This document shows positions 1-12,126 of a DNA stretch of 64,000 nt, piece after piece (the stretch's first letter is position 1; each line of letters begins with the position of its first letter). A program made the translations under genes and the position numbers. The DNA comes from Desulfurella sp. (GTDB lineage Bacteria; Campylobacterota_A; Desulfurellia; Desulfurellales; Desulfurellaceae): positions 18,556 to 82,555 of the forward strand of contig NZ_JBMFGQ010000001.1 of the NCBI RefSeq assembly GCF_049977265.1. Direction: 5' to 3'. Under the pieces are notes generated by a model. It saw only the letters and a program-made list of their open reading frames with translations, was not told the DNA's origin and searched no databases.

Positions 1-128
1 GGCACATTAGAACGTCTTGCATCCAAATAATCATTTACAGTGTATAATATAGATGCACAAAGACTAATAATGATCAAAAAAATCAATACGACAAACGTTA
101 TAACTAACTTGGTAGAATCTTTTTTCAT
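1..128 (-). CDS. membrane protein, N-terminal fragment running off the left edge (possible FtsX-like permease partner of the adjacent ABC ATPase)
   Basis: ATG at 128..126 overlaps the TGA of the upstream ATPase gene (ATGA). Translation MKKDSTKLVITFVVLIFLIIISLCASILYTVNDYLDARRSNV has a basic N-terminus followed by a hydrophobic helix. The FtsX assignment rests on position only. Confidence 0.4.
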   Translation of the reverse strand, partial: MKKDSTKLVITFVVLIFLIIISLCASILYTVNDYLDARRSNV

Positions 129-751
129 TGGACACCTACACTACACTTACTGAAAATATCCAGACTATCAATGGATTCTATTGGCGTAAAATTTGTAAAA
201 ACAATTGTCATTTTATAATCATTGTTTAGCTTTCGAAGTATAGAAATTAATTCTTGAAAACTTTTGTAATAAGAAAATGGCTCATCAAGTAACACGAGAG
301 GCGCTCTTAGAGCAAGTATACGAGCTAAAGCAAGTCTATACTTTTCTGATATCGACAAATTAAAAATTTTAGTATTAAGCAAATTGCCCAAATCAAAGAA
401 ATCGATAGATTCTTCCAAGTATTGTTTTCTCTTTAGCAATTTTGTTATTAAATAAAGGTATTGTTTTGCAGTCATGTTGTCGATAAGTCCAAAATCGTCA
501 AACACTATACCCATATGCTTTCTTAAATGTATTAATCTTGAATACCTTATGTGATTTAAAGATTCACCGAAAATTTTTACATCACCACTTGTTGGCTTTT
601 CAAGCCTGCAAATTAACTTTAACAGTGTGGTTTTACCACATGCAAAACCGCCGCTAATTTGTACAAGTTGACCTTCTCTTATATAAAAATTGATATTTGA
701 AAATACGCATCGATCACTATAAAATTTACTAACATCAACAAATTCAATCAT
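125..751 (-). CDS. FtsE-like ABC transporter ATP-binding protein with degenerate motifs
   Basis: 208 aa. Walker A GGFACGKTT and Walker B LVLLDEP are present. The signature is LSISE instead of LSGGQ, FDD replaces the Q-loop FQD, and TNF replaces the H-loop. Confidence 0.75.
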   Translation of the reverse strand: MIEFVDVSKFYSDRCVFSNINFYIREGQLVQISGGFACGKTTLLKLICRLEKPTSGDVKIFGESLNHIRYSRLIHLRKHMGIVFDDFGLIDNMTAKQYLYLITKLLKRKQYLEESIDFFDLGNLLNTKIFNLSISEKYRLALARILALRAPLVLLDEPFSYYKSFQELISILRKLNNDYKMTIVFTNFTPIESIDSLDIFSKCSVGVQ

Positions 752-1670
752 TTTTTAAGCTCTTTTTTATATTATCTTTTAGGCTGTTTACACTAAAACC
801 ATACTCACAAAACAAATCAGTCGAGGTTCCAGATTGACCAAATCTATCATTAATGCCTAACCTCACAACCTTTTTAGGCAAATTCTCACTTAAAAACTCA
901 CATATTACACTACCAAGACCGCCAATAATAGAATGCTCTTCCAGTGTAAAGACCATTTTAGAGTTTTTTGCACAGATATAAATTGTATGCTCATCTAAAG
1001 GCTTAATCGTGCTAACATTCACCACACCTATATTAATATTTTCCTGTTCAAGCTCTTTTGCTACCTGTAGTGCAAGCTCCAAAACTATACCACATGCAAA
1101 GATATAAGCATCTGTGCCTTCCTTTAAAATATATGCTCTGCCAATTTCAAAATCATGCGTTGTAAAATTAAGTGATTTTTCTCTTGAAGTTCTAAAATAA
1201 AAAGGCCCCTTGCTTTTATAAGCAGTCAGTATAGCCTTATAAGCCTCATTGTAGTCAGCTGGTACAATTACCTGCATATTTGGTAAACTTCTCATTAATG
1301 ATATATCACATATTGCCTGGTGGGAACCACCGTCTTCGCCTACGCTTATGCCTGCATGAGAACCGCATAACACTACATCCAGATCCTGGTAACAAATAGA
1401 TTGTCTTACACCTTCAAAAGCTCTGCCTGTTATAAAAACAGCGAAACTTGATGCAAAAACCTTAAAACCTTCGAGTGCAAACCCTGCTGCTATATCCACC
1501 ATATTCAGCTCTGCTATACCTATATTAAAAAAACGCTCTGGGTATACTTTTTTAAACTCTGCAGACTTTGTAGAAGAAGAAAGATCTGCATCAAGTACAA
1601 CAATATTTCTATCAATACCTATTTCTACAAGAGCTTTACCGTATGCATCCCTTGTTGCTTTATATTCCAT
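744..1670 (-). CDS. tkt: transketolase, C-terminal (pyrimidine-binding) subunit
   Basis: 308 aa. The ...FFNIGIAELNMV...GSHAGISVGEDGGSHQ... motifs are typical of the split transketolase C-terminal section. It overlaps the N-terminal subunit gene by 11 nt. Confidence 0.9.
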   Translation of the reverse strand: MEYKATRDAYGKALVEIGIDRNIVVLDADLSSSTKSAEFKKVYPERFFNIGIAELNMVDIAAGFALEGFKVFASSFAVFITGRAFEGVRQSICYQDLDVVLCGSHAGISVGEDGGSHQAICDISLMRSLPNMQVIVPADYNEAYKAILTAYKSKGPFYFRTSREKSLNFTTHDFEIGRAYILKEGTDAYIFACGIVLELALQVAKELEQENINIGVVNVSTIKPLDEHTIYICAKNSKMVFTLEEHSIIGGLGSVICEFLSENLPKKVVRLGINDRFGQSGTSTDLFCEYGFSVNSLKDNIKKSLKND

Positions 1671-2490
1671 TTTCCACTCCTAACTCCAAAAGTGCTTTAT
1701 TTAATTCTTCATCTGTGGGCGGTTTGCCATGGTATTCATACTTATTTTCCATAAAACTTACGCCTTTTCCTTTTACTGTGTGTGCAATTAGTGCAAATGG
1801 TTTAGAATTCTTTGTTTTTTTAAATTGCTCAAATGCATCAAGCAATTGATCATAGTTGTGACCATCTACTTCGTATGTTAAAAAACCAAACGCTTCGAAT
1901 TTTTCTTTAACAGGACTTATATTCATAACATCGCTAATCGCCCCATCAATCTGCAAACCATTAAAATCCAAAATAACGCATAGATTGTCTAATTTATAAT
2001 GACTTGCACACATTAAAGCTTCATAAACAAGGCCTTCTTGCATTTCTCCATCGCCAATCAAGCAATAAACGTTTGATTTGCTTTTTTTAAGCTTAAGTGC
2101 AAGTGCCATACCAACTGCCTGGGACAATCCGTGACCCAAAGAGCCAGTAGACGCACAAACGCCTTTTAATTTTTTAGAGTCAGGGTGACCCTGCAATGGG
2201 CTTCCCAGTTTTCTTAAAGTATACAATAAATCCTTATCAAAAAAGCCTTTATAAGCAAGGCACACATAAAGTGCTGGTGCTGCATGTCCTTTTGATAAAA
2301 CAAACCTATCCTGATTATCATTTCTTGGGTTATTTGGATCTATATTTAAAACGCCACCAAAATAAAGTGTGTTTAGGATATCAATTGAGCTTAAACTACC
2401 ACCGCTGTGTCCACTTTTGGCTGCATTGAGAGAAACCAGTATCGCTTTTCTTAGTGTTTTAGAAAACTCTTCTAATTCTTTTGTTTTCAA
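1660..2490 (-). CDS. tkt: transketolase, N-terminal (TPP-binding) subunit
   Basis: 276 aa. SGHSGGSLS and GDGEMQEG thiamine-diphosphate motifs. Confidence 0.9.
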   Translation of the reverse strand: MKTKELEEFSKTLRKAILVSLNAAKSGHSGGSLSSIDILNTLYFGGVLNIDPNNPRNDNQDRFVLSKGHAAPALYVCLAYKGFFDKDLLYTLRKLGSPLQGHPDSKKLKGVCASTGSLGHGLSQAVGMALALKLKKSKSNVYCLIGDGEMQEGLVYEALMCASHYKLDNLCVILDFNGLQIDGAISDVMNISPVKEKFEAFGFLTYEVDGHNYDQLLDAFEQFKKTKNSKPFALIAHTVKGKGVSFMENKYEYHGKPPTDEELNKALLELGVENGI

Positions 2491-3242
2491 TTTAAATCCT
2501 CCAATAATTTAAACATTGCAGGTATTGTAAACTCTTTTGGTATTATACAAGAATATCCAAATTTTTCTACTGCTTTTTGCGTAGTGGTACCAATACAGAT
2601 AATATTTTTTTTAACACGCCCAGGATAGTCTTTAAAAGTGCCTATTAAATACTTAAAAGCAAATGGACTGCTGATCAGTGCAAAATCAAAATCACAATCA
2701 TAAGTATAATAGTCAATGTCTTTTGCCATAAGTGTTTGATATACTTCAAGCACTATTGCTTTTTCATCATATACTCCATGTTCTTTTGGACAAACAACAA
2801 GCGTATCTTTTAAATCAAACTCGCTTGATGTGTAAATTGATGGATGTTTCACGCTAAAGCCAAAACTTTTTATGTATTCTGCCGTTTGCTTGCCCACTGC
2901 AAGCAGTTCTTTGCCGCACAAAAAACTCATACCAGCTTTTTTAACAAAAAAGTCAAAAGCTCTTTTGCTTGAAAAAAACACTCGCTCTATGCTTTTTTCT
3001 GGTAAATCAAAATCAAGTGCTTCAAACTCAAACACATTTACAGGGCACATATTGTATATATTCTCATATTGAATTGTATATTTAATTAAATCATCCTTAT
3101 TTGCGCAAAACAACACCTTTGGGGCGTCATTTTGAGTGTTATGAGATTCTTCGCTTTGTTTACAATGGCATCTTACAATAACCTGAGCTTTATTTATATC
3201 TTTTGTTTTATTGTGCGCTTTTAATAAAAACTTTTTTGGCAT
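2487..3242 (-). CDS. hemD: uroporphyrinogen-III synthase (HemD-like)
   Basis: HemD-like two-lobe pattern (FFSSKRAFDFF..., ISSPFAFKYL..., CIGTTTQKAVE) directly downstream of hemC. The long ORF runs up to 3374 and would overlap hemC by 70 nt, so the internal ATG at 3242 is preferred. The start remains uncertain. Confidence 0.65.
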   Translation of the reverse strand: MPKKFLLKAHNKTKDINKAQVIVRCHCKQSEESHNTQNDAPKVLFCANKDDLIKYTIQYENIYNMCPVNVFEFEALDFDLPEKSIERVFFSSKRAFDFFVKKAGMSFLCGKELLAVGKQTAEYIKSFGFSVKHPSIYTSSEFDLKDTLVVCPKEHGVYDEKAIVLEVYQTLMAKDIDYYTYDCDFDFALISSPFAFKYLIGTFKDYPGRVKKNIICIGTTTQKAVEKFGYSCIIPKEFTIPAMFKLLEDLN

Positions 3243-3304
3243 ATTACTTTTAAAATAAGCTAATTTGTAAATATCGGGGAAAAACTCTAAACCAATACCA
3301 CAGT

Positions 3305-4171
3305 CTATATATAAGCTAACTTGCTCTTTGTGTATTCTATACATTCTTTTAAAACCTGTTGTGGCAAACCACACTTAAAACAATCAATTTTTTTAAAGGT
3401 TTTTGGGTCTGCGTACATTGTTTTTAAGCAAAATTGGTCATTTTCGTTAAAATAAGCATAAGCACCGATTGGAAAATTGCACGAAGCGTTTAGTGCTTTT
3501 ACAAATTCTCTTTCTATACTAACACACATATGCGTTGCACCATCGTCTAAAAAATTAAGCTCATCAAATTCGTCTAAGCGCGTTTGCACGCCAATTACAC
3601 CCTGTCCTGCAGAACTTACTATATCCAGATCAAAGCAGTATGCACTATCATATAAACCAAGTCTTTTCAAGCCTGATTTTGATACAACTATAGCATCAAC
3701 CACACCTTTTTTTAGCTTTTCAAGACGTGTATCAAGATTGCCTCTAAAATCAATAAATTCTAAATCATTCCTGATATGAGAAAGCTCAACGCGTCTTCTT
3801 AGGGAAGTTGTACCGATTAGAGCACCTTTTGGTAATCTGTCAATGGAGCCTTGGAAACTTACAAGGCAATCTTGGTGAAAATCGCGTTTTAGAATAAATT
3901 TTAAAGGCAACTGCTCATTTTGAGTCACACTTAAGTCTTTAACACTGTGTACAGCTATATCTATGGTTTTATTCAATAAGGATTCTTCTAATGTGCTTGT
4001 AAATAAGCCTTTTCCGCCAAACTCATAAAGCGGTTTATCAATTTTATCACCAAGTGTAGTAATCCCTACAATCTCGCAAACATAGCCATTTTCAACAAGC
4101 AGGCTTTCTACATATTTTGCCTGCCATATTGCAAGCTTTGATTTTCTTGTACCAATCTTAATTGTTCTCAT
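3305..4171 (-). CDS. hemC: porphobilinogen deaminase (hydroxymethylbilane synthase)
   Basis: 288 aa. The N-terminus IKIGTRKSKLAIWQA and downstream pattern are typical of HemC. Confidence 0.93.
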   Translation of the reverse strand: MRTIKIGTRKSKLAIWQAKYVESLLVENGYVCEIVGITTLGDKIDKPLYEFGGKGLFTSTLEESLLNKTIDIAVHSVKDLSVTQNEQLPLKFILKRDFHQDCLVSFQGSIDRLPKGALIGTTSLRRRVELSHIRNDLEFIDFRGNLDTRLEKLKKGVVDAIVVSKSGLKRLGLYDSAYCFDLDIVSSAGQGVIGVQTRLDEFDELNFLDDGATHMCVSIEREFVKALNASCNFPIGAYAYFNENDQFCLKTMYADPKTFKKIDCFKCGLPQQVLKECIEYTKSKLAYI

Positions 4172-5465
4172 TATCTGGATTTTCAGAAAAAAAACAATTT
4201 ACAGGCTTTTTATTGATACTTACGTTAAAAAGCCTCTTAATTAACTCAACATACATATCGCCTTCCGGCTCTTTAATAAATTGTCTAATTTTTGAAGTGG
4301 GTTCGTGTAGTGTTTTGTTTAAAATCGAACGCGTTAATTTATCTATCGCATTAATCAATTCTTCGTCTATTTTGTATTTTTTTTGAAACTTTTTCAACTC
4401 AATTTTTCTTATGAGATCAGCGTACTGCCTCAGCGAATCTATTGTTTTATTATAGTCTAGTGCTTCATTTTCTTGTAGAAATATATTTAATTGTTCCTTT
4501 ATGATTTTTTTGGATATTTCAATACTTGAGCGCTTAGACAAAAAATTCGCTTCGCTGGCATTTTTTAGATCATCAATACTAAAGAGTATAATATTTGTAT
4601 TTTGTTTGACTAATGGACTTATAGAAGAGGGAACAGACAAGTCAATTAAAAAGAGCTTTTTATTAATATCTATTTTATTAATTATTGGATTTGGCGTATA
4701 TATGCAAGACACAATTACGTCCACATCTTTAAATAAACTATTTATATCGTCTAAGCCAATTATTTTAGCTCCAAAATTATCTGCAAAATCAACGGTTTCA
4801 CTTCTTCTGTTAGCAATATAAGATATATTTGCTCCTTTATCAAAAAAATATTTTGCACTCAAGCGTGCCATATCCCCGCTTCCGATAATAAGTACTTTTT
4901 TATCTTTAAGGCCGAAAAGTTCATCTGCTGTGCTTGCTGATAAACTTGCAATAGATAAATGACCTTTTTGAATATTGGTTTGGCTTCTGACAATTTTTGC
5001 TACAGTAAATGCTTTGCGCATAATCCTATTTAGTATAGCACCGCTTAGATTATAAACCACTGTTGTGCGGTATGCATCTTTGAGTTGGCTTAGAATTTGC
5101 GTTTCACCGATAACTTGAGAATCCAATCCACAGGATAACTCAAATATGTGGTGCACCGCATCAATTGATTTTTTGGTATAAATGCATTGTTGTATTTGCT
5201 GTGGATCATATTTAGCATAATCTGATAGGTACTTTATTAAAAAATCTCGAGGGTCGTGCTTTGAAACAACAGTTATTTCTGTTCTATTGCAAGTTGATAA
5301 AATCATTATTTCGCTTATATCAAAAGCTTCTTTAATGTTTTTTGAGTGTTCTTGAATAAATGCGTTCTCAAATACAAATGACTCTCTTATTTTTAATGGC
5401 GCTGTTTGCCAGTTGATACCAACGATGTATACATTATCAATGTTTAAATCAAAATTCTGTGTCAT
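4158..5465 (-). CDS. hemA: glutamyl-tRNA reductase
   Basis: 435 aa. Contains STCNRTE (active-site Cys) and the GSGDMA NADPH-binding motif. It lies in a hemA-hemC-hemD array. Confidence 0.93.
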   Translation of the reverse strand: MTQNFDLNIDNVYIVGINWQTAPLKIRESFVFENAFIQEHSKNIKEAFDISEIMILSTCNRTEITVVSKHDPRDFLIKYLSDYAKYDPQQIQQCIYTKKSIDAVHHIFELSCGLDSQVIGETQILSQLKDAYRTTVVYNLSGAILNRIMRKAFTVAKIVRSQTNIQKGHLSIASLSASTADELFGLKDKKVLIIGSGDMARLSAKYFFDKGANISYIANRRSETVDFADNFGAKIIGLDDINSLFKDVDVIVSCIYTPNPIINKIDINKKLFLIDLSVPSSISPLVKQNTNIILFSIDDLKNASEANFLSKRSSIEISKKIIKEQLNIFLQENEALDYNKTIDSLRQYADLIRKIELKKFQKKYKIDEELINAIDKLTRSILNKTLHEPTSKIRQFIKEPEGDMYVELIKRLFNVSINKKPVNCFFSENPDNENN

Positions 5466-6413
5466 TTATTTTTCTCTAGATACAGCATAATCAGCTAAAA
5501 AAAGCAAAATATCCTTATATATAGAACCTGGAAGATGCTGTATGCTTTGTTTTGCCGTAAGAGCTTTTTGTTTTGCAACCTCAAAAGCTCTGTCAACACC
5601 GTAAGCTTTGCAAGAAGCTATACAGTATTGTTTATGCTCTTCTTTTTTTGTTTTAAAGTACTCATTTAAGTGATATTGCAATTGAGAATCTTTTTGAAAA
5701 GCCAGTATTAACGGTAGTGTTACTTTGCCTTCTTGTATATCATTGTAGGTATCTTTGCCAATATCCTTATTTGAATAGTCCATTAAATCATCTTTAATCT
5801 GAAATGCTAATCCCAAATTTTTACCATACTCTCTGAAATAATCAAGCTGTGTCGGATTTTTTGCAAGCAAACACCCACTAGTACATGAGCTTTCAATTAA
5901 GCTTGCAGTTTTTTTGTAAATTATATCAAAATACTCTTCTTCTTTAATGATCTTAGAAAAATTCTCTATTTCTGATATTTCACCTAATGCAAGATTATAG
6001 GCTGCTTTTGAAATTTCTTTTGCAATATTAATATCTACATCTAAAACTTTGTTATAGGCCAAAGAATAAAGATAATCGCCACTCATAATAGCTACTCTGT
6101 TGCCATATGCATAATTTACACTTTCTTTACCTCGTCTTTTTTTTGCCTCATCAATTACATCGTCATGCAATAGGCTTGCTATATGAATATACTCTACAAT
6201 GCAAGCGGTATCATGTAAAATTTTCTCTTCATCAAAACCCAAACTTCTTGCACTTGCTACAACCAATATTGGCCTTAAACGCTTGCCACCGGATATCTGA
6301 TCTATTACTTTATCTAATAGTACACTTTCGGTTTTTATATTCAGCAAAATTTCGTCAATATTTTTTATAATATGTTGTATTCTAGATATCGCAATATTGG
6401 TCTTTTGTAACAT
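5466..6413 (-). CDS. polyprenyl diphosphate synthase (IspB/HepT-like, long chain)
   Basis: 315 aa. Two Asp-rich motifs, [15 protein letters not shown] and FQIKDDLMD. Confidence 0.85.
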   Translation of the reverse strand: MLQKTNIAISRIQHIIKNIDEILLNIKTESVLLDKVIDQISGGKRLRPILVVASARSLGFDEEKILHDTACIVEYIHIASLLHDDVIDEAKKRRGKESVNYAYGNRVAIMSGDYLYSLAYNKVLDVDINIAKEISKAAYNLALGEISEIENFSKIIKEEEYFDIIYKKTASLIESSCTSGCLLAKNPTQLDYFREYGKNLGLAFQIKDDLMDYSNKDIGKDTYNDIQEGKVTLPLILAFQKDSQLQYHLNEYFKTKKEEHKQYCIASCKAYGVDRAFEVAKQKALTAKQSIQHLPGSIYKDILLFLADYAVSREK

Positions 6414-8817
6414 TGACTTTCACCACAACATCGCCTTCTTCAAGTACAATAGCTTTTACACCATGCGCATATCTTGACATTTCTCTAAACTGATTCGAAT
6501 TTATTCTAATTAATTTTCCAAGCTTTGTTGTTATTAAAATTTCACTTTCTTCTTTCAATCTTTCTACGTCAACCAACGTATCATTTGCTTTTAGCTTAAT
6601 TATTTTTACGCCTTTTGCACCACGAGAAACTTTTCTTATATTATCTGCCAAAATTACTTTTGCGATCCCATATTGTGTAATTAATACTACTTTCTCGTCT
6701 TTTTCCTGCACTTTGAACCCGGATACAACATAATCATCTGGGCTTAATCGTATAGCTTTTACACCATAGGCAGCTCTGCCCATTTGGCGTACATTTTCTA
6801 CATCAAACCTTACAGATTGACCTAATAGAGTACAAATTACTATTTCATCATTCTTTGAAACATTAGGTATAATTGCAACCAAACTGTCTTCTTTTTTTAG
6901 AGAAATAATCGTTCGACCGTTACTTTTTATATCTGTAAAATTATCGAATGATATTCTCTTTATTGTACCTTTTTGAGTTACTAAAACATAATCATTCCCC
7001 GGTTTGAAAGCGCTTATAGATTTTATTTGTTCTGTATTTTTTAAATTCAAAAGATTAACTATAGCCTTGCCTTTAGAATAATTACTTGCTTTAGGTATTT
7101 CGTAGGCTTTCATTGTATAAATCCTACCAGCGTTAGAAAACATCAATACATCATCCAGGCTATCCAGTACTAAACAATCTAAAATATAGTCGTCCTCTGA
7201 AAATGTAGCTGCAATTCGCCCTTTGCCTCCTCTAGATTGAACATTATAAAATGACAATGGAATGGATTTTATGTATCCCTTTTGTGAAAATGTAATTAAC
7301 AGCTTTTCCTGTTTTACAAGATCTTCTTTATTAATTTCTTCAAGCTTTGTTAAAATTTTTGTTTTTCTTTTATCTAAATAGTTTTCTTTGATATATATAA
7401 GTTCGCTTTTTATTATTGATAGGAGTTCATCATAATTACCCAAAATTTTTTCATAATTAATGATTTTTTCAAGTATTTCAGCAAATTCTTTCTCAAGCCT
7501 TTCGATTTCTAAACCCGTCAAACGCGAAAGCCTCATTTCAAGAATTGCATTTGTTTGTTTGTCACTTAAATCAAACCTGATTTTTAATTTTTGTTTTGCT
7601 ATTTGAGGTGTTTGAGATTTTTTTATAATACTAACGACCTCATCAATATTACTAACGGCAATTTTTAAACCCTCAAGTATATGAATACGCTCTTTTGCAA
7701 TATTTAGTAGGTAAATAGTGCGTCTTTTTACTACTTGTTCACGAAAATCTAAAAATACATTAAAATATTCTTTTAAAGATAAAATTTTTGGTACATTATC
7801 AACTAAACACAGATTATTAATACTAAAACTTATCTCTAAATTGCTTAGTTTATATAGGTTATTTAAAATTACTTCTGGTTGCTCATTAGACTTAATTTCA
7901 ATAACAACTCTTATGCCTTCTTTATTTGATTCATCTCTTAAATCGCTAATACCTTCAATTTGTTTATCTTTTACAAGTTGAGCTATATCTTTTACTAAGT
8001 TTGCTTTATTTACCTGGTATGGAAGTTCTTCCACAATAATGATGTTTTTATTACCAACTTTCTCAATTTTAGCAAGAGAGCGTATTTTTATTTTTCCCAT
8101 GCCTTTTTCATAAATATCTTCTAAATTATCGCACATTACTATTGCGGCAGTTGGAAAATCCGGTCCTTTTATGAATTGCAATAAATCTTTTGTTGACACA
8201 TCTCTTTTGTTATCTATATAAAATAGTAAAGCTTCTATAACTTCGCCTAAATTGTGAGGCGCAATATTTGTTGCCATACCAACAGCTATACCAGATGAGC
8301 CGTTTACTAGAAGGTTTGGTATCATTGCAGGTAAAACAGACGGCTCTTTTAAACTTTCATCATAATTTTGTGTCCAATCAACAGTTTGTTTATCTAAGTC
8401 TTTTAGTAGTTCTTCTGCGATTTTTGATAGCCTGACTTCTGTATACCTCATTGCAGCTGGACTGTCTCCATCAACCGAACCAAAATTCCCTTGACCATCT
8501 ATTAGAGGGTATCTCATTGAAAATTCTTGACTCATTCGTACCATTGCGTCATAGACGCTTGTATCACCATGTGGATGGTATTTACCTATAACATCACCTA
8601 CCACACGAGCGCTTTTTTTGTATGGCTTGTTGTGCATTAAATCCAGCTCACTTGCTGCAAAAAGTATTCTTCTGTGAACTGGTTTTAAACCATCTTTTGC
8701 ATCTGGCAAGGCTCTTCCTACAATAACGCTCATAGAATAGTCAATGTAGGATTTTTTCATTGTATCTACAATGTTTTTTTGAATGATTTCTCCAAAGAGA
8801 TCTTTCATACTACACAT
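6382..8817 (-). CDS. gyrA: DNA gyrase subunit A
   Basis: 811 aa. Contains AAMRYTE (catalytic Tyr region) and the C-terminal beta-pinwheel repeats. An alternative ATG lies at 8808. Confidence 0.97.
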   Translation of the reverse strand: MCSMKDLFGEIIQKNIVDTMKKSYIDYSMSVIVGRALPDAKDGLKPVHRRILFAASELDLMHNKPYKKSARVVGDVIGKYHPHGDTSVYDAMVRMSQEFSMRYPLIDGQGNFGSVDGDSPAAMRYTEVRLSKIAEELLKDLDKQTVDWTQNYDESLKEPSVLPAMIPNLLVNGSSGIAVGMATNIAPHNLGEVIEALLFYIDNKRDVSTKDLLQFIKGPDFPTAAIVMCDNLEDIYEKGMGKIKIRSLAKIEKVGNKNIIIVEELPYQVNKANLVKDIAQLVKDKQIEGISDLRDESNKEGIRVVIEIKSNEQPEVILNNLYKLSNLEISFSINNLCLVDNVPKILSLKEYFNVFLDFREQVVKRRTIYLLNIAKERIHILEGLKIAVSNIDEVVSIIKKSQTPQIAKQKLKIRFDLSDKQTNAILEMRLSRLTGLEIERLEKEFAEILEKIINYEKILGNYDELLSIIKSELIYIKENYLDKRKTKILTKLEEINKEDLVKQEKLLITFSQKGYIKSIPLSFYNVQSRGGKGRIAATFSEDDYILDCLVLDSLDDVLMFSNAGRIYTMKAYEIPKASNYSKGKAIVNLLNLKNTEQIKSISAFKPGNDYVLVTQKGTIKRISFDNFTDIKSNGRTIISLKKEDSLVAIIPNVSKNDEIVICTLLGQSVRFDVENVRQMGRAAYGVKAIRLSPDDYVVSGFKVQEKDEKVVLITQYGIAKVILADNIRKVSRGAKGVKIIKLKANDTLVDVERLKEESEILITTKLGKLIRINSNQFREMSRYAHGVKAIVLEEGDVVVKVNVTKDQYCDI

Positions 8818-11146
8818 CCAGATTTGCTAATTTTGCATTTTCTTCAATAAATTTTCTTCTAGGTTCAACTTTATCTCCCATTAGCAATTCAAATATTTCT
8901 TTTGTTTGATTAAAATCTTCTATAGTAACAAGATGCATTGTACGTGTTGTTGGGTTCATTGTTGTTTCCCATAATTGTTGCGGGTTCATTTCACCTAATC
9001 CTTTATATCGTTGTATTTCTATGCCCTTTTTTGAAATTTCATCTATAAAATTAAATATAGAATGCAGATTGTTGAATGTTAGTTTGTTTTTATTAATATC
9101 TTCTTGTTTGCTTTGGTTTGTATAGGCTATTACAGGAAACTTTATTTTCGATTCAATTGTGTAAAATTCGAATAATTTTGTATAAATTTTACTTATAAAA
9201 ACTGTTTTATCTACATAAAACTCTTTTAGCTGTCTATCCTGTATATAGGAGCATTTAATATTTGTATCAAACTCTTCAATTTTTTCTAAATTTAATGCAT
9301 TTTTAATTTTGTCTAGGCTTTGAGTTAAATTTTCGGCCGTAATATCATTTACGATTGTATAGTGAAAAAATTTTTCTTTGTTTTCTTCCTGTTCAAACTG
9401 TTCAAATATACTTGATAGGTTTGTAAATCTAAGCAACAAATCCTTTAAATTAAAGTCAACATCAAAAGAAACTTTTTTTAATGCTCTATCGGTTAAAAAT
9501 GAACGCAATGCTTCGTCATCCTTGAAATATTTGCTACTCGAGTCATATTTCACTCTATAAAGTGGTGGTTGAGCAATATATAGGTAGCCCTTTTCGATAA
9601 TAGGGCGCAAAAAATTGTAAAAAAATGTTAAAAGCAGTGTTTGTATATGACTTCCATCTACATCTGCATCCGTCATAATAATAATTTTATGATACCTTAT
9701 TTCATTTATATTAAAATTTTTGTCTATATTACAGCCAATAGCTGCAACAATGCTTTTTATTTCTTCATTCGATAGGATTTTATGCAAATTTGACTTTTCT
9801 GTATTTAAGATTTTACCTTTAATAGGTAGAATTGCCTGATACTTTCTATCTCTTGCCTGCTTTGCACTACCACCAGCTGAATCACCCTCAACAATAAAAA
9901 TTTCTGTTTTTTCCGGATCTTTTTCTTGACAATCAGCGAGTTTTCCAGGTAAATTTTTTGTTTCAAATACAGTTTTTCTTCGCACAAGCTCTCTTGCACT
10001 TCTTGCTGCTTCTCTTGCGTTGTATGCCAACACCGCTTTTTCAAGAATTACTTTAATTATATTTGGATGCTCTTCGAAGTAGTCATTTATTTTATCGTAC
10101 AACAAACTCTGTAATTGACCTTTGGTGTCTAAGTTTCCTAGTTTTGTTTTTGTTTGCCCTTCAAATTCTGGGTTTGGTAATTTTATAGAAATTATAGCTA
10201 CTAAACCTTCTCTACAATCTTCACCACTTAATGTAATATTTTTTAGATTGTTATTTTTTTTAGCATAATTATTTATTGCTTTAGTTAAAACAGTTTTAAA
10301 AATAGATAAATGTGTGCCACCTTCTTGCGTTAGTATAGAGTTTGCGAAAGATAAAATATTCGATTCATAGTTTTTAGTGTATGTTAAGGCACATTCAAGT
10401 TGTGTGTTTTCATGATTGACAGTTATTAAAATAGGATTTTCGAGTAATGGTTCTTTATTTTTACATAGGTAGTCTATAAACGCTACAATACCATTTTCAT
10501 AATAGAAGGAATTTTGTTTTTCTATTCTTTCGTCTGTTATGTTTATTGCAATACTTTTATTTAAAAAAGCCAATTCTTGTAATCTTTTTTCTAATATTTC
10601 GTAGCTAAAATCGGTTGTACTGAAAATTAAATCATCAGGTTTAAATGTTACAATTGTCCCGGTATCATCACAGTTTCCTGCTTTCTTGAGCTCGTTTATT
10701 GCAATACCTCTTTGGAATTCTTGCTCAAAAATAAAACCGTTTCTATGAATTTCAACTTTTAAGTACGATGATAGTGCATTTACAACGCTTATGCCTACAC
10801 CGTGCAAGCCTCCTGATACTTTATAACTTTTGTTATCAAATTTACCACCAGAGTGAAGTGTGGTTAGCACCAACGTAGCTGCTGGTATTTGTTCTTCTTT
10901 GTGTATTTCTGTTGGTATGCCTCTGCCGTTATCCTTTACTGTTACGGAGCCATCTTTGTGGATTATAACTTCAATTTTATTGCAAAAACCAGCCATAGAT
11001 TCATCAATAGAATTATCAACTATTTCGTATATGAGGTGATGAAGACCTTCAGATGCAGTATTACCTATATACATTGCCGGTCTTTTCCTAACACCCTCTA
11101 AACCTTTCAATATCTTTATAGATTCTGCTGTGTAATTAGCTATCAT
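8810..11146 (-). CDS. gyrB: DNA gyrase subunit B
   Basis: 778 aa. GHKL ATPase motifs (DNGRGIP, GGLHGVG) and Toprim motifs ([16 protein letters not shown]). Confidence 0.97.
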   Translation of the reverse strand: MIANYTAESIKILKGLEGVRKRPAMYIGNTASEGLHHLIYEIVDNSIDESMAGFCNKIEVIIHKDGSVTVKDNGRGIPTEIHKEEQIPAATLVLTTLHSGGKFDNKSYKVSGGLHGVGISVVNALSSYLKVEIHRNGFIFEQEFQRGIAINELKKAGNCDDTGTIVTFKPDDLIFSTTDFSYEILEKRLQELAFLNKSIAINITDERIEKQNSFYYENGIVAFIDYLCKNKEPLLENPILITVNHENTQLECALTYTKNYESNILSFANSILTQEGGTHLSIFKTVLTKAINNYAKKNNNLKNITLSGEDCREGLVAIISIKLPNPEFEGQTKTKLGNLDTKGQLQSLLYDKINDYFEEHPNIIKVILEKAVLAYNAREAARSARELVRRKTVFETKNLPGKLADCQEKDPEKTEIFIVEGDSAGGSAKQARDRKYQAILPIKGKILNTEKSNLHKILSNEEIKSIVAAIGCNIDKNFNINEIRYHKIIIMTDADVDGSHIQTLLLTFFYNFLRPIIEKGYLYIAQPPLYRVKYDSSSKYFKDDEALRSFLTDRALKKVSFDVDFNLKDLLLRFTNLSSIFEQFEQEENKEKFFHYTIVNDITAENLTQSLDKIKNALNLEKIEEFDTNIKCSYIQDRQLKEFYVDKTVFISKIYTKLFEFYTIESKIKFPVIAYTNQSKQEDINKNKLTFNNLHSIFNFIDEISKKGIEIQRYKGLGEMNPQQLWETTMNPTTRTMHLVTIEDFNQTKEIFELLMGDKVEPRRKFIEENAKLANLDV

Positions 11147-12126
11147 GTCCCCTCACTTAAAGTAAGTATATTTGCGTTTATCATTTTAATATTACCTAGT
11201 GTTGTAATAAATATTTGATTTTTTAGTTTACTTATGTTGTCTAATATTTTTTCTAAATTTTTTTTTGATATATCACTTTCTATATCGTCAATCATTATAA
11301 TGGGTTCTTTTTCATAAATATTGTAATGATTGATTAGAGATGACATCAAAGTAAATAGAACCATTTTTTTCTCACCTACAGAAGAATAGCTGAAAATATT
11401 GTTTTCGTCAAGAAGTATATTAATTGAGTCTTTGTATAGTGTAAATATATTGTGCATTGTTTGTATTTCTAAATGTTCTATTTTTTCATCAAATAGAAAT
11501 GGAGAGTATACTATTTTTATATTTTTTTGAAGTATGTTTTGTTTATTGAGGTATAAATTTATTGTCTGAGCTGATTTTTTTCTGTTTTCTTGTATGATTT
11601 GTATATTTTTGTTAATGTCTTTGTTTATTATTTTTATTGTATTGTAATCTTTTTTTTCAAAAAGGTAGCGTTTAAATTTTAGCTGTTTTAGTGTGTTTAT
11701 GATATTTATTATAATATTTGGATTCTCTACAAATGAAAATTTGTCAAGTAGTGATAATGTGTATTTTTTTTCACTAAAATTTGTAAAATCTTTTATAGAA
11801 AATATAATAGATGGAAATAGTGTTTTAAAGTCTTTTAGACTGCGATTTTTTGAATTTATTAGTGATTTTTTGTTTTTGTTTAGACTGATTGTAATATTGT
11901 ATGAGATATCTTTTATTACATTGCCTTTTAATAAAGATTCTTTTTGTTTTTCTAGAAATTTTTTACTAATAAAGCTGTGTGAATTTAGTAAAAAATATAT
12001 AGCATCTAAGAGATTGGTTTTTCCTGAAGCGTTTTCACCCTGTATTATGTTAATATCAGGTTTAAAGGTAGAGTAAAATTCTTTGTAGTTTCTAAAGTTA
12101 AATATTGATATGTAGTTTAAATACAT
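11143..12126 (-). CDS. recF: DNA replication/repair protein RecF (short form)
   Basis: 327 aa. N-terminus L..I.I.NFRNY... with Walker A GENASGKTNLLDAI. Sits immediately upstream of gyrB. Confidence 0.8.
   Translation of the reverse strand: MYLNYISIFNFRNYKEFYSTFKPDINIIQGENASGKTNLLDAIYFLLNSHSFISKKFLEKQKESLLKGNVIKDISYNITISLNKNKKSLINSKNRSLKDFKTLFPSIIFSIKDFTNFSEKKYTLSLLDKFSFVENPNIIINIINTLKQLKFKRYLFEKKDYNTIKIINKDINKNIQIIQENRKKSAQTINLYLNKQNILQKNIKIVYSPFLFDEKIEHLEIQTMHNIFTLYKDSINILLDENNIFSYSSVGEKKMVLFTLMSSLINHYNIYEKEPIIMIDDIESDISKKNLEKILDNISKLKNQIFITTLGNIKMINANILTLSEGT

Noticed and set aside
2487-3374. Full-length 295-aa hemD ORF overlapping hemC by 70 nt
   Set aside because: The N-terminal 44 residues are probably just open frame inside hemC. 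The internal ATG at 3242 gives a normal-sized HemD. Kept as uncertainty, not as a finding.
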